Positions 19,200 to 30,189 of a stretch of DNA of 64,000 bases are shown here, piece by piece. Below the pieces are notes generated by a model. It did not search any database, was not told the DNA's origin, and saw only the letters and a program-made list of their open reading frames with translations. Within the stretch, counting starts at the first letter, position 1. Every line of letters starts with the position of its first letter. The stretch is from sequence record KJ019143.1. The stretch is one strand, 5' to 3'. A program made the translations under genes and the position numbers.

Positions 19200-22100
19200 T
19201 TGCCCCTTAATAAGTTAGAGAATTTCATTAAGAATACGGATGGACGTACTCTGTATGTTAATCCAAACGATCTTAATGCTACTGATAGTATTACAAACCA
19301 AGGCACTTCCCTTACAGAACCCTTCAGAACTATTCAGAGGGCGTTAATTGAGAGTGCGCGTTTCTCATATGTGCGTGGTGATGATAATGATCTCATCGAG
19401 AGAACCACCATCATGGTGTATCCCGGTGAGCATCCTATCGATAACCGTCCTGGTTTCGGTATTAAGACAGTAGGTAATAGTCCGGTAGCGGTAACTCCTT
19501 CAGGTGAATTGATTGATCCGTTCCAAGCATTTAACCTGACTGATGCTAGTAACTTTGATATTGAGTCTAGTAATAACGTTCTCTATAGATTTAACAGTAT
19601 CTACGGTGGTGTTGTTGTTCCCCGTGGTACTTCTATCGTGGGTATGGACCTACGTAAGACAAAGATTCGTCCGATATATGTTCCCAACCCCACTGATGAT
19701 TCAGTAGATTACTCAGCGATCTTCCGTATCACAGGTACTTGCTACTTCTGGCAGTTCACCATCTTCGATGGTAATGAGAATGGTGTAGTATTCACTGATC
19801 CAAGAGATTTCTCTGAGAATAACCAGTCCAGACCCACTTTCTCACACCACAAACTAACAGCATTTGAATACGCTGATGGTGTTAACCCAGCGGTAGAATC
19901 AGGGTTTGAACTTACTGACCTTGCTATGTATTATAGTAAGTTGTCTAACGCATATAATGAAGCATCTGGTCGTCCTATTGATGAGAAGTATCCATCAGAT
20001 CCTGGTGGTTTTTCACCACAACGTCCTGAGTTTGAGATTGTTGGTGCATTCGCAACTGACCCAATCAATATCACTCGTTTAATCTCTGGTGATGGTTTTG
20101 TCCCTGATGCTGTCATCACAGTAGATACACAGGTCCCACATGAACTAAACACCGGAACACCAATTAAGATTCGTGGTGTTGCCATCAGTGACTATAATAT
20201 CTCTACAAAAGTATCTGCAGTTCTTAGTCCTACTAGGTTTACGTATAACCTATCATTCGTAAGACCTAACCTACCAGCAGAACCTTCAGTATCCTCTGCA
20301 ACTGTAACCGTTGAGACTGATACTGTAACAGGTGCTTCACCATACATCTTTAACTGTTCGATGAGATCAGTTTGGGGTATCAATGGAATGCACGCCGATG
20401 GTGCCAAAGCAACTGGATTCCGTTCCATGGTTGTTGCTCAGTTCACCGCGATCTCCCTTCAAAAAGATGATAGATCCTTCGTTACTTATAATAAACAGGC
20501 ACGTAGATACGATGGTATCAACGTCAATAAGACTGTAAGGGGTGCTGAACTATCTGCACAGTCATCTTCTACTAACTCAGCAACTGTATACCACCTAGAT
20601 CCTGACGCTATCTATCGTCCTGACTGGGGTACAACTCACATCAAGATGAGTAATGATGCAGTCATTCAGATTGTGTCTGTATTCGCTATTGGTTTCAATC
20701 AACACTTTGCTTCTATTGGTGGAGCTGATGCATCAATCACAAACTCTAACTCCAACTTTGGTCAGTTTGCACTGAAAGCTGATGGATTCAAGAATGATGC
20801 TTTCCTCAAAGATGATAAAGGTTTCCTAACATCATTTGTTTCTCCTAAGAGTGCGTATAACCCAGAAACTGATGATATTGAGATCATTGACTGGATCAAC
20901 ATTGACTTTGATCTAACTCGTAGTATTGCCTTTGCTAATCAACTCTATCTAACTGGTTATACTAACGCGGAAGATAAACCACCAGTAGTTAATCAGGGTT
21001 TCCGAATTGGTGCCAACTACAAAGAGAGTCTCATTCAGAGAACAACAGTTGGTGCTGGTGCAGATGTAACCTCATCAGTAAGAATGTGTGATAATATTCT
21101 CGGTCCTGGTAACAATCAAGCCAATGGTAGTAGTGTTGCTAGGAAAGTATATCAAGTTCTAGCAGGACCTATCAACAATACCCTCTCACTGGGTGTTCAT
21201 GGACTACTTAATGGTGAGAGTGTAAGAGTATTCTCATCAACAGGTGACCTACCTGAGAACCTAGAAAGAGGTGCCCTATACTACGCAAATGTGGTTGATG
21301 GTGAGAATATTCGTATTGCTACTTCCGAGTCTAATGCACTCAACAACATCTTCCTCAACATCTATGGTGGTGTTGAACTTCGTGTTGAGTCTAGAGTTAA
21401 TGATAAGGAAGCAGGTGAAAGAGGTCATCCCGTTCAGTATGACTACACTAACCAGAACTGGTTTGTTCATACTGATGCCAATAGTGATATCTATCAGTAT
21501 ATTGTAGCCAACCCAACCTCTACAGATGGTATTGACTTTGTATCCATATTCAAGAGATTTGGTGATAACAGGGCACTAGAAGACAAACTATATCGCCTCA
21601 GGTATGTTATTCCTAAGGAGTCAAGGAACGCAAAACCACCTACCCCTGGTTATGTTCTACAAGCATCAGCAACAACAGGTGCTAGGAATAACGATGACTT
21701 TATCCTACAGGATATTGGTATCAATGACTATGAATATAACAGAAACCCACGTTATGTTGTAAGTTGTACTGTTATTGCTAATGAAGTTGAGGTTCGTAGT
21801 GAGATTCCACACAACTTGAATGTTGGTGATAAGATTAAAATAGTGAATGTTGCCAGTACAAATAACACTGGCGCATCACAAATCAAAGGTTTCAATGGTG
21901 AGTTCCTAGTTACTAGAGTTATCAACTCTCGTGAGTTTAGGTATGATATTACTGATGTAAATGGTTTTAGTAGAAATCCTGGTACCTTCACCAACAACAT
22001 CAATGAAAGAAACATTCTTCTACCTCGTTTTGAGAGAAAGGATCTACAGAGTAATGTATTCGTATATCGTATTGAAACTATCACTGATTTCCTAGAAGGT

Positions 22101-25067
22101 GAGAGAGATGGTATCTACCACTTATTCCTTCTTAATGGTTCTAACCCAGTAACAGAGACATTCACTGATATCCAATACAATCAACCTGTGGAAGATTTAT
22201 ATCCACAGATGGATCCTGATAACCTTATTCAGAACCCCCCTGCAACCACAACGTTTGCTAAGAGGGCACCCCTAGGTGATGTTACTATTGATGAACAACA
22301 GAACTCCATTACTAAAGAGTCTGTTGATAAAATATACAAGACACTTAATGTTGGTATCATTGAGACTGCTACTGATGGCACTGTTGGTGCTGGTGGAACA
22401 CGTACAACCACACTAACATTCCAAAGAGAGCACGAGTTCAACTCTGTGTATAGTTACACCACACTAGTTGGTGGTGGTGGATATACTGATGGTACTTTCT
22501 ATGATGTTAAACTACTCAGTGAGTTTGGCACAGTATGGGGAGGTGCTTCTGCTGTTGTTACTGTTACTGCTGGTACAGTTACCGCAGTTACTATCATGGA
22601 TCCTGGTTCAGGTTATTCTGCAGGTCAGACACTATTCATCGATGGAACTACAATTGGTGGTGGTACTAACGCTACTATTAGTATTACTCAGGCAGACTTA
22701 GAGGATAACAAGCATAGTATCCTACAGATTTCTGGTGGTGCTTTGTATAACCCAGATTCATATGTAGTGATGACCAGTGTTGAGGATCAGTCTTCAGTTG
22801 GTGTTGCTAGAACTTCTGGAAGTCCTGCTATTATTCCTGGTATGTACGCATATCCAGCAGATAGTGGAACAGGTATTTCTTCAACTACATATAACTCCGA
22901 TACAGGTTTAACAACACTAGTATCTACAGGTAGTGCTGGTTTTGGTCTTCAGAGGGGTAACACTTTCGTTGTATTCAGTAGTAACTATAGCTATCTCGGT
23001 AAGTTCTTTGTATCTAATGTTCCAACTCCAGATACATTGGAGTTCTACTCATACCGAGATCTAGGAACTGTATCTATTGTAGGTAAGACAGGTTTAGATG
23101 TAAATGATGCTAACACTGGTTCCTTAGGTGAGAACGTGGGTGTTAGAGCTACACCACTATATGATAACGGTGTATTCTATCTTGAACAGTCTTCAGGTAC
23201 TGGAACACAACTAACAGTTAGGGCTGAAGATGGTGGTGTGGCTGGTAATGTAGACTCTAAGATGTACCTAGGAAGATACTTCCAAATGGGTTCTGAGATT
23301 ATCAGAGTTGCTAGTAAGAACTTTGATGGAGCCAATAACAATATCGTAACTGTTATCCGTGGTGCTCTTGGTACCGTTGTTAGCAACCTTCCCATTAATA
23401 CTAAGGTGAAGGCAATCAGACCTTCCGCACTAGAACTTAGAAGACCTTCTATTCTACGTGCCTCAGGTCACACCTTTGAATATCTTGGTTATGGTCCTGG
23501 TAACTATTCCACTTCATTACCACAACTACAGGTTAAGCAACTCCCAGATGATGAAATTTACCTAGTACAGGCTCAGGAACTATCCTGTGGTCAGGTTGTT
23601 TATACTGGTATGAGTGATAATGGTGACTTCTATATCGGTAATACCAAGTATTCCGCAACCTCAGGAACACAATCAACCTTTGATGTTCCCATCCCAACTG
23701 TTGCTGGTCAACCAGGTAGTTCTAATAATGTTGTGTTTGATGAAGTTATCATCAACCGTCGTCTATTCGTATCTGGTGGTGAAACTAATGAGGTTCAGTC
23801 ACAGTTTGATGGTCCTGTTAAGTTTACCCAGTCTGTTACTATTCAGAACAATCTTTTCGTAACTGGTACAACTCAACTCAATAGAATTGAGATCACCAGT
23901 ACAGAGAACGCAACCAGTTCTGCTAATGGTGGAGCACTAACTATCAGAGGTGGTGCTGCTATTGGTAAAGACTTCTATGTTGGTGGTGAAATGTACACCA
24001 ACGCATATCAAATAGAAGATACAAGTGCAGTTCTTGAAATTGGTACTAACCAGTCATCTAAGGATATCTCTGTTGGTGGTTCAACTGATACAGATAGAGT
24101 TGTTTTTAATACAACTAAACTAGCAACAGGTGAAGGTGCTGAAGAGGTAGTTAACGCAGACGCTGGTGTTGTTGTTGAGGGTGGATTAGTTGTTCGTGAT
24201 GTTATTATCGCGAAAGAGTTTAGAGGTGCTGGAACTGGTGGTGGTCCTGGTACTATCCTACTCTGGGGTGGTTCTACTAGTGCTCTCCCTGACAGATATC
24301 TACTCTGCAACGGAGCTACTCTCAATAAAAACACATATAACAAACTATTCGAAGCCATTGGTTATATCCATGGTGGTAGTGGTAATAGTTTTAAGTTACC
24401 AGATTTGAGAAATAGGTTTATCCCTGGTGCTGGTAGTTCTTATGCGGTAGCTGCAAAAGGTGGGGATGATTCAGTTGTACTAACTGAAACGCAGATGCCA
24501 CGCCACACGCACTCAACTTCAGCAGTCAACGCACCACATACTCACCCAGTATCGTTTACTAGTGGAGCGGCAAATGCACCACATAAACACCCAGCTGGCA
24601 CAGGTGGCGGTGGAAATCATAACCACCCATCAGGTGGCACAGGTGGTGGTGGTAATCACAATCACCCATCAGGTGGCTCTAACAATACAGGCAACCATGG
24701 ACACCCGTATAGTGCTCCGGGGCAATCCAAAACTGATGTTGCTAATTCTAACGAGAAGAATGTAACTAGCAACGTCAATGCCTCAGGTGCAGGAACCGGT
24801 GGTGGTGGAGCACACTCCCACTCTGTTTCAGTTAACAGTACATCCTCAGCTCATAATCACCCAGTAAGTGTCAACTCTGGATCTTCAGCTCATAATCACC
24901 CTGTTAGTGTTAATTCAGCTAATGCACCACATTCCCACCCAATTAGTGGTAATGCAGGTTCTGCAAACGCACCTCACGTTCACCCAATTGGTAATACTGG
25001 TGGTACTGCTTCCTTTGACAATAGACCCAAATACTACGCTCTCTGCTATATTATCCAATCAGAGTGA
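19200..25067 (+). CDS. Large tail-fibre/virion structural protein with C-terminal collar domain
   Basis: MPLNKLENF..LYVNPND..PFRTIQRALIE; collar GTILLWGG..YLLCNG..LFEAIG..FKLPDLRNRF; HxH-rich tip; TTG start; TAAATA at 19163-19168. Confidence 0.85.
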   Translation: MPLNKLENFIKNTDGRTLYVNPNDLNATDSITNQGTSLTEPFRTIQRALIESARFSYVRGDDNDLIERTTIMVYPGEHPIDNRPGFGIKTVGNSPVAVTPSGELIDPFQAFNLTDASNFDIESSNNVLYRFNSIYGGVVVPRGTSIVGMDLRKTKIRPIYVPNPTDDSVDYSAIFRITGTCYFWQFTIFDGNENGVVFTDPRDFSENNQSRPTFSHHKLTAFEYADGVNPAVESGFELTDLAMYYSKLSNAYNEASGRPIDEKYPSDPGGFSPQRPEFEIVGAFATDPINITRLISGDGFVPDAVITVDTQVPHELNTGTPIKIRGVAISDYNISTKVSAVLSPTRFTYNLSFVRPNLPAEPSVSSATVTVETDTVTGASPYIFNCSMRSVWGINGMHADGAKATGFRSMVVAQFTAISLQKDDRSFVTYNKQARRYDGINVNKTVRGAELSAQSSSTNSATVYHLDPDAIYRPDWGTTHIKMSNDAVIQIVSVFAIGFNQHFASIGGADASITNSNSNFGQFALKADGFKNDAFLKDDKGFLTSFVSPKSAYNPETDDIEIIDWINIDFDLTRSIAFANQLYLTGYTNAEDKPPVVNQGFRIGANYKESLIQRTTVGAGADVTSSVRMCDNILGPGNNQANGSSVARKVYQVLAGPINNTLSLGVHGLLNGESVRVFSSTGDLPENLERGALYYANVVDGENIRIATSESNALNNIFLNIYGGVELRVESRVNDKEAGERGHPVQYDYTNQNWFVHTDANSDIYQYIVANPTSTDGIDFVSIFKRFGDNRALEDKLYRLRYVIPKESRNAKPPTPGYVLQASATTGARNNDDFILQDIGINDYEYNRNPRYVVSCTVIANEVEVRSEIPHNLNVGDKIKIVNVASTNNTGASQIKGFNGEFLVTRVINSREFRYDITDVNGFSRNPGTFTNNINERNILLPRFERKDLQSNVFVYRIETITDFLEGERDGIYHLFLLNGSNPVTETFTDIQYNQPVEDLYPQMDPDNLIQNPPATTTFAKRAPLGDVTIDEQQNSITKESVDKIYKTLNVGIIETATDGTVGAGGTRTTTLTFQREHEFNSVYSYTTLVGGGGYTDGTFYDVKLLSEFGTVWGGASAVVTVTAGTVTAVTIMDPGSGYSAGQTLFIDGTTIGGGTNATISITQADLEDNKHSILQISGGALYNPDSYVVMTSVEDQSSVGVARTSGSPAIIPGMYAYPADSGTGISSTTYNSDTGLTTLVSTGSAGFGLQRGNTFVVFSSNYSYLGKFFVSNVPTPDTLEFYSYRDLGTVSIVGKTGLDVNDANTGSLGENVGVRATPLYDNGVFYLEQSSGTGTQLTVRAEDGGVAGNVDSKMYLGRYFQMGSEIIRVASKNFDGANNNIVTVIRGALGTVVSNLPINTKVKAIRPSALELRRPSILRASGHTFEYLGYGPGNYSTSLPQLQVKQLPDDEIYLVQAQELSCGQVVYTGMSDNGDFYIGNTKYSATSGTQSTFDVPIPTVAGQPGSSNNVVFDEVIINRRLFVSGGETNEVQSQFDGPVKFTQSVTIQNNLFVTGTTQLNRIEITSTENATSSANGGALTIRGGAAIGKDFYVGGEMYTNAYQIEDTSAVLEIGTNQSSKDISVGGSTDTDRVVFNTTKLATGEGAEEVVNADAGVVVEGGLVVRDVIIAKEFRGAGTGGGPGTILLWGGSTSALPDRYLLCNGATLNKNTYNKLFEAIGYIHGGSGNSFKLPDLRNRFIPGAGSSYAVAAKGGDDSVVLTETQMPRHTHSTSAVNAPHTHPVSFTSGAANAPHKHPAGTGGGGNHNHPSGGTGGGGNHNHPSGGSNNTGNHGHPYSAPGQSKTDVANSNEKNVTSNVNASGAGTGGGGAHSHSVSVNSTSSAHNHPVSVNSGSSAHNHPVSVNSANAPHSHPISGNAGSANAPHVHPIGNTGGTASFDNRPKYYALCYIIQSE

Positions 25068-25109
25068 TGGTATAAATATCTATAAGGTACTCTAACCATT
25101 TTATAGATA

Positions 25110-27218
25110 ATGGCGAATTTTAATAAGGCGTTTAACTTTAGAGGTGGCTTCCAAGTTGATGAAGACACCTTTTTGGTGCGCGGTTCTAACGTTGGTATCG
25201 GATCTTCTGTTCCATCAGAAAGACTAGATGTTGACGGTGTTATTAAAGCTCGCGGTTTAATTATTGACTCCACTGATGTTGTTGCCATTACTACCGCATA
25301 TGTTGGTGTTGTAAGTGCAACTGAGGTTCAATCCGGTATATTCACTGGAACTCCAAAAAATGGTGGTATTGCTACTTACTATGGTGATGGATCACAACTA
25401 ATCAATCTCCCCACATCTCAGTGGGTTGATATTGATGTAGGATTAGGCTTCACTAGTATCTACGCAGCTGGAAATGTTGGTGTTGATACTGTAGATCCTA
25501 GGTATAAGTTTCAGGTCGGTGGAGTTCCTTTCAAAACCAAAACTGGTCCCCTCTTACAAGCACAAGATGGTGTAGGTGTTGAGGATGGTAACATTTATTT
25601 CTCTGGTATTGCCTCTGCCAGATTCAAACCCGGTCTAGAAAAGCAGGGTTTTGTGGGTTATGGTTCATATATTAATACATTAAATGCAGCTGAACTCACC
25701 ACTGGTGATATTCCTTCATATGCATATGGTGATCTTATTATCACCGAAGAAATTATAGCACCTAAACTAACAGGTATTGCATCAACTGCTATCGGTGTTA
25801 CAACTGATGCTCAGTTATCATTTGATACTGCAGTAGCAAACGAACTTAGAGCAAAGAATAGATTTATCAGTACAGAAGGTTATCTTCAGATTGGTACTGA
25901 TGAAGATGTTGCTGGTGTAGGTGATATTGAAGTAGTAAAAGATACAGATAACTCCAACATCTATTCAATATCTAATACTCGAGCACAAATTCTGGTGGGT
26001 AATGAGAGACCCGGTGGATCTAATCGTGGTATTGGTGGAATAAGGAAGGGCACATTTACTAGTGATCCACTCACATCAGCCACTGATGTAGATTTGGTTA
26101 ACTATGATGTCGGTAACCTAAACTTCTATCTCCATAACGGATCTGGTGGTCAGGGTGCAACAACTGGTAAGTTCCGTTGGATATATGGCCAGAGAGATAT
26201 TTCAGTTATGGAGCTGGATAAAGATGGTCAATTAGTTCTACCTGATAATGTAGTGGTTACAGGTCCACTCCTAAGTGTTGGTGGAAGTGCATATCTCAAG
26301 AATGGTGCTCAGTTAGATGGTGATCTAAATGTTACATCAGGTATTGGTTCTTTCGCTAATGATGTTAATATCTTTGGAGAACTCAGTGTAGGTAGTATCT
26401 CAATATCTGGTGTTGTTACATTTAGTGGTATTGACACAGATATCCTAACTGTAGGATCAGACACAGTTATTCAATCTGGCATTGCAACCATTGCAAGAAT
26501 TATGGTTGTTAATGATACAACCAATTCAGTAGATATCGATGGTTCTCTTGAGTCATCAACATTAGTAACAACTAACGCTAGTTCTTCCACATTAGTATTC
26601 TCACAGAGTTTAACAGGACCGAATGGTTTCACAGTATCATCTGATGGTAGTGTAACAGCCTCTAGTGTGGATGTATCAGGTAATATAGGTGCTGGTGGGA
26701 CTTTTGAAGGTGTTGATATTGTTACAAACACCGGAAGCATCAACGACCTCACTGTTAGTGAATTAATCGGATCTAAAGTCGATGTTAGTGAGGTCGAAAC
26801 TGATAGTCTCAATGTAGCAAACTCATCCACAGTTAATGACCTAAGTGCTACTAGTATTGAGACCACATCCATTCAGGCAGACACCACTGATTTCAATGCC
26901 ATGGAAGCAACTGCCGCAAGTGTGGATAGTTTAGGTTCTAAGAGTGGATCAAAAGTAGATATATCTGATGATCTAGACTTACAGAACAACGATATCGATG
27001 GAGTTAATGAGATAAACGTTGAGAACCTCAACGCAAACGATAGGGTTTCTAGCTCCTTTGGGCGCTATGGTATTACTAACAACAACTACGTTTCTATTGA
27101 TTATGGGGACAGAGGTTTCGGTAGTCAAGATCTTCCAGCTATTACTTTCGAGGTGTTTGATGATAACAACGTTTCCCTAGGACAGACATACTTCAAACTA
27201 TATACCCCTGTCCCCTGA
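25110..27218 (+). CDS. Virion structural/fibre protein
   Basis: MANFNKAFNFRGGFQVD..NVGIGS, beta-repeat character; TATAAATA at 25071-25078. Confidence 0.75.
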   Translation: MANFNKAFNFRGGFQVDEDTFLVRGSNVGIGSSVPSERLDVDGVIKARGLIIDSTDVVAITTAYVGVVSATEVQSGIFTGTPKNGGIATYYGDGSQLINLPTSQWVDIDVGLGFTSIYAAGNVGVDTVDPRYKFQVGGVPFKTKTGPLLQAQDGVGVEDGNIYFSGIASARFKPGLEKQGFVGYGSYINTLNAAELTTGDIPSYAYGDLIITEEIIAPKLTGIASTAIGVTTDAQLSFDTAVANELRAKNRFISTEGYLQIGTDEDVAGVGDIEVVKDTDNSNIYSISNTRAQILVGNERPGGSNRGIGGIRKGTFTSDPLTSATDVDLVNYDVGNLNFYLHNGSGGQGATTGKFRWIYGQRDISVMELDKDGQLVLPDNVVVTGPLLSVGGSAYLKNGAQLDGDLNVTSGIGSFANDVNIFGELSVGSISISGVVTFSGIDTDILTVGSDTVIQSGIATIARIMVVNDTTNSVDIDGSLESSTLVTTNASSSTLVFSQSLTGPNGFTVSSDGSVTASSVDVSGNIGAGGTFEGVDIVTNTGSINDLTVSELIGSKVDVSEVETDSLNVANSSTVNDLSATSIETTSIQADTTDFNAMEATAASVDSLGSKSGSKVDISDDLDLQNNDIDGVNEINVENLNANDRVSSSFGRYGITNNNYVSIDYGDRGFGSQDLPAITFEVFDDNNVSLGQTYFKLYTPVP

Positions 27219-27225
27219 AGAATAA

Positions 27226-27284
27226 TGTGACAGTCGACAAACTGGCACAGGGGGGTTGGCAAACCCCCTTTTTTGTGCTATAAT
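27226..27284 (+). promoter_or_regulatory. First copy: palindrome + hairpin terminator overlapping sigma70-like promoter
   Basis: GGGGGG-TTGGCAAA-CCCCC-TTTTTT; -35 TTGGCA 27256-27261; TG-C-TATAAT 27279-27284. Confidence 0.85.
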
Positions 27285-27317
27285 AACAGGGTAGTCAAAC
27301 AGAGAGGTTAGGTTCTA

Positions 27318-27668
27318 GTGGGTTTCCTGAAGTCTCTGTTTGCTACTGCCTTGGTGGGTATTGTTGGTGTGGTGTCTCCCGCCGAGGCAAGTGTAGGTGG
27401 CAATATGTCTCCAGTCGTAGAGGGTATGTGTATAAAGTACACACCCTTTGGTGATTTGCCCTGTAAGATTAGAGTATACGATAGTGAAGAACTAGTGTAT
27501 ATTACAGATGGTCATAATACTATGACATATACCAAGCACCCATTCATACCATATGCGTGGACAATGTATGTGAATGAACAACGGATATCTAATATGTTAT
27601 GCTCCCTAGATAAGTATAACTTCTCTTGTTTCACCTCAATCCAATTTGTTCCTGATTATGAAAACTAA
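27318..27668 (+). CDS. Hypothetical exported protein
   Basis: Signal peptide ending PAEA; first gene after element. Confidence 0.65.
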   Translation: MGFLKSLFATALVGIVGVVSPAEASVGGNMSPVVEGMCIKYTPFGDLPCKIRVYDSEELVYITDGHNTMTYTKHPFIPYAWTMYVNEQRISNMLCSLDKYNFSCFTSIQFVPDYEN

Positions 27669-27990
27669 ATCATTGATGCTCACCAGTTTGATGGTGGCAA
27701 CGATAACCGCATCACCTGTCATGGCGTACGGATATCGCCAACCATACTATCAACAACCCCCAGTTGTTATTCAACAGCCAGCACCTGTTATCATTCAACA
27801 ACCAAGACCAAGTACCCTAGAAACTGTTTTGGGTATTGCAGTTATTGGTGCAGGTTTATACTGGAATAGTCCAGCATATCAGAACGATCATGGATATTAT
27901 AATGGAAATAGAAACCACCATCACAACCAATACCAAGGTGGCAAAACATATGTAATTTGTAATGATTACGGACGGAGGTATTACTGCTGA
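27646..27990 (+). CDS. Hypothetical exported protein
   Basis: Signal peptide ending VMA, QQPPVVIQQP repeat, one TM. Confidence 0.65.
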   Translation: MFLIMKTKSLMLTSLMVATITASPVMAYGYRQPYYQQPPVVIQQPAPVIIQQPRPSTLETVLGIAVIGAGLYWNSPAYQNDHGYYNGNRNHHHNQYQGGKTYVICNDYGRRYYC

Positions 27991-28199
27991 TGGATTTTGT
28001 GGCATTTATGATTGATAAGGAAAACGCCTTATCACTGATACAATCACTTCACGAATCTGCCGATAAGTGTAGTAAAGATGGAAGACGAATTATGGAAGCA
28101 AACTATACCAAACTAGCAGACATGATGATGGAACAATACCTAGTATCAGAGAGTATCCACAGGAAGAGAAAAAGAAATAACGGAGATTATATCGGCTAA
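27990..28199 (+). CDS. Hypothetical protein
   Basis: Translationally coupled ORF. Confidence 0.6.
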   Translation: MDFVAFMIDKENALSLIQSLHESADKCSKDGRRIMEANYTKLADMMMEQYLVSESIHRKRKRNNGDYIG

Positions 28200-28771
28200 T
28201 GATTGACTATCTTACCATCCCTAATAGCTTATCAGACAAACTTTGTGACGACATCATTCACAAGTTTGACAGTGATGATAGAGTTGATTATGGTAAAATT
28301 AATATGGGAGATGTTGATACTGAGGTCAAAAGATGTAAAGAGTTGTTCATATCAATCCTAGATAACTGGCGAGATCTTGACAATCAGGTATTCAATGCGT
28401 CGGTGAAGGGGTTAAGTCAATACCGTGAGTACATTAATGAGTTATACGATGCCGATTATCTTCTAGGATCAGATAATTCTGATCAAGGTTACCGGGTAAA
28501 GAGATACGATATTGGTGAAGATTACTTTCATTGGCATCATGATCTACGCATAGATGAAAACCGTAGGATGAGATCAGTTGCCTTCATATGGTATCTAAAT
28601 GATGTGGAAGAGGGTGGTGAAACAGAATTTAGTAATGGTCTAAAGATACGTCCAGAGAAAGGTAAACTACTTCTATTTCCATCTACATGGAACAACGTAC
28701 ACAGAGGGAATACACCAATAAGTAATACGAAGTATGCTATTACTAGTTTCCTCTATTCCTCCTACGATTAG
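28199..28771 (+). CDS. 2OG-Fe(II) oxygenase
   Basis: FHWHHD, RSVAFIWYLNDVEEGGETEF, FPSTWNNVHRG. Confidence 0.92.
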   Translation: MIDYLTIPNSLSDKLCDDIIHKFDSDDRVDYGKINMGDVDTEVKRCKELFISILDNWRDLDNQVFNASVKGLSQYREYINELYDADYLLGSDNSDQGYRVKRYDIGEDYFHWHHDLRIDENRRMRSVAFIWYLNDVEEGGETEFSNGLKIRPEKGKLLLFPSTWNNVHRGNTPISNTKYAITSFLYSSYD

Positions 28772-28800
28772 GTGATATATACTAAGTATGGGATACTTCA

Positions 28801-29355
28801 GTGACAAAGGGTTATCGAATCAGGGGAGACTTTATTGCAAGTCTCATTAAACAACACGACTGTAAGATTGGTTATGAAATTGGGGTATCCAATGGTGCAA
28901 CTTTTGGTAAGATCTTAAAGAAATGTGATAATATTGAGTGGCATGGTGTAGATCCATGGGTTGTATGTTCCGAGTATGATAAACGCCCCAATGGTAAGGG
29001 TAAGTGGAATCATGATGGTAACTATAAGAAAGTTCAGGAGATTGTTAGTAAGTATCCAAAGCGTGCATATACCCACCGCATGACCTCTGTAGAGGCTGCA
29101 AAGGAGGTAGAGGATAGAAGTATTGATATTATCTTTATAGACGGTCTGCACACCTACGAGGGGGTGAAGGAAGATCTAGAGGCTTGGGTGCCAAAGATCA
29201 AAATAGGTGGTATAATCTCTGGACATGACTATAAAGGTATGAAGAGACATGAGGGTGTGACTATACGAGTGAATGAAGTATTTGGTGAAGAAAACATTAC
29301 TACTGGTCCAGATGTGACCTGGTGGTTATACAAAACGGAGGAACACGATGACTGA
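28801..29355 (+). CDS. Class I SAM-dependent methyltransferase (Methyltransf_24-like)
   Basis: YEIGVSNGAT, HGVDPW, IDIIFIDGLHTYEGVKEDL, GGIISGHDY. Confidence 0.9.
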   Translation: MTKGYRIRGDFIASLIKQHDCKIGYEIGVSNGATFGKILKKCDNIEWHGVDPWVVCSEYDKRPNGKGKWNHDGNYKKVQEIVSKYPKRAYTHRMTSVEAAKEVEDRSIDIIFIDGLHTYEGVKEDLEAWVPKIKIGGIISGHDYKGMKRHEGVTIRVNEVFGEENITTGPDVTWWLYKTEEHDD

Positions 29356-30109
29356 GGGTTATGTTGTTATTGCACTTGGCGATAAGTATGTTCAACTCGC
29401 CAAGAACTTTGAAGATACACTAAGACAAAACGGTGACAATCGTCCTGTTCATGTTGTCACTGAAGACATGATTGATAAGGATAATGATAAGTACAGGGAC
29501 TGTGATGTTCCCAACGAAAGGTATAACTGCTACCCCAAACTTCACTTCAATGAGTATGCGATATTTGATCATAGTATCCTAATCGATGCCGATGTTCTGT
29601 GCGTAGGTGATACCCAACACGTTTGGGATATGTGTAAAGAACAGGAACAGTTTATTCTTCACCGTGGGTGGGGACAAGTTACTAAATGGAATAGAGAACT
29701 ACAGAAGAAAGTGTGGGACGTTCATGGGTTCGTACCTCCTCGCATTCACGGAGCTTTCTGTTATCTAAGGAAGGCAGATATCAATGAAGACTTCTTTGAA
29801 TTTATCCAAAATAATGTGTGGTTTCAGTATACTGAATGGTGTACGGAAGATGTCAAAGCAAGACATCACAGGTTAAGTAGATCAGACCAGGTGATATATG
29901 CTATTGGTTATGGTAAGTTTGATCTCATGCCCTGTCAGTTAATGGAAGTCCCTATTATGACTCATATATTGACAGCGGCACACGTTAATCCTCCATACGA
30001 TAGAATCACTTTTAAGGATCAAATTGGACCCGATTTACAACATCCAGTGGCATTTGCCCATATCGAACAACTATTTCAGGAGAGCACCCCAGAAAGTTTT
30101 CTAAGGTGA
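29348..30109 (+). CDS. Glycosyltransferase (GT-A, GT8-like)
   Basis: YPKL, ILIDADVL DxD motif, SDQVIY. Confidence 0.7.
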   Translation: MTEGYVVIALGDKYVQLAKNFEDTLRQNGDNRPVHVVTEDMIDKDNDKYRDCDVPNERYNCYPKLHFNEYAIFDHSILIDADVLCVGDTQHVWDMCKEQEQFILHRGWGQVTKWNRELQKKVWDVHGFVPPRIHGAFCYLRKADINEDFFEFIQNNVWFQYTEWCTEDVKARHHRLSRSDQVIYAIGYGKFDLMPCQLMEVPIMTHILTAAHVNPPYDRITFKDQIGPDLQHPVAFAHIEQLFQESTPESFLR

Positions 30110-30189
30110 CAGTCCACAAACTGGCACACAGGGCTTGGCAACCCTCCAAAAAGGTGCTATACTATCCAAGTAACCAAAGGAAATGATTT

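Noticed and set aside
24500-25067. Diversity-generating retroelement target
   Set aside because: No reverse transcriptase and no template/variable repeat pair differing only at adenines seen
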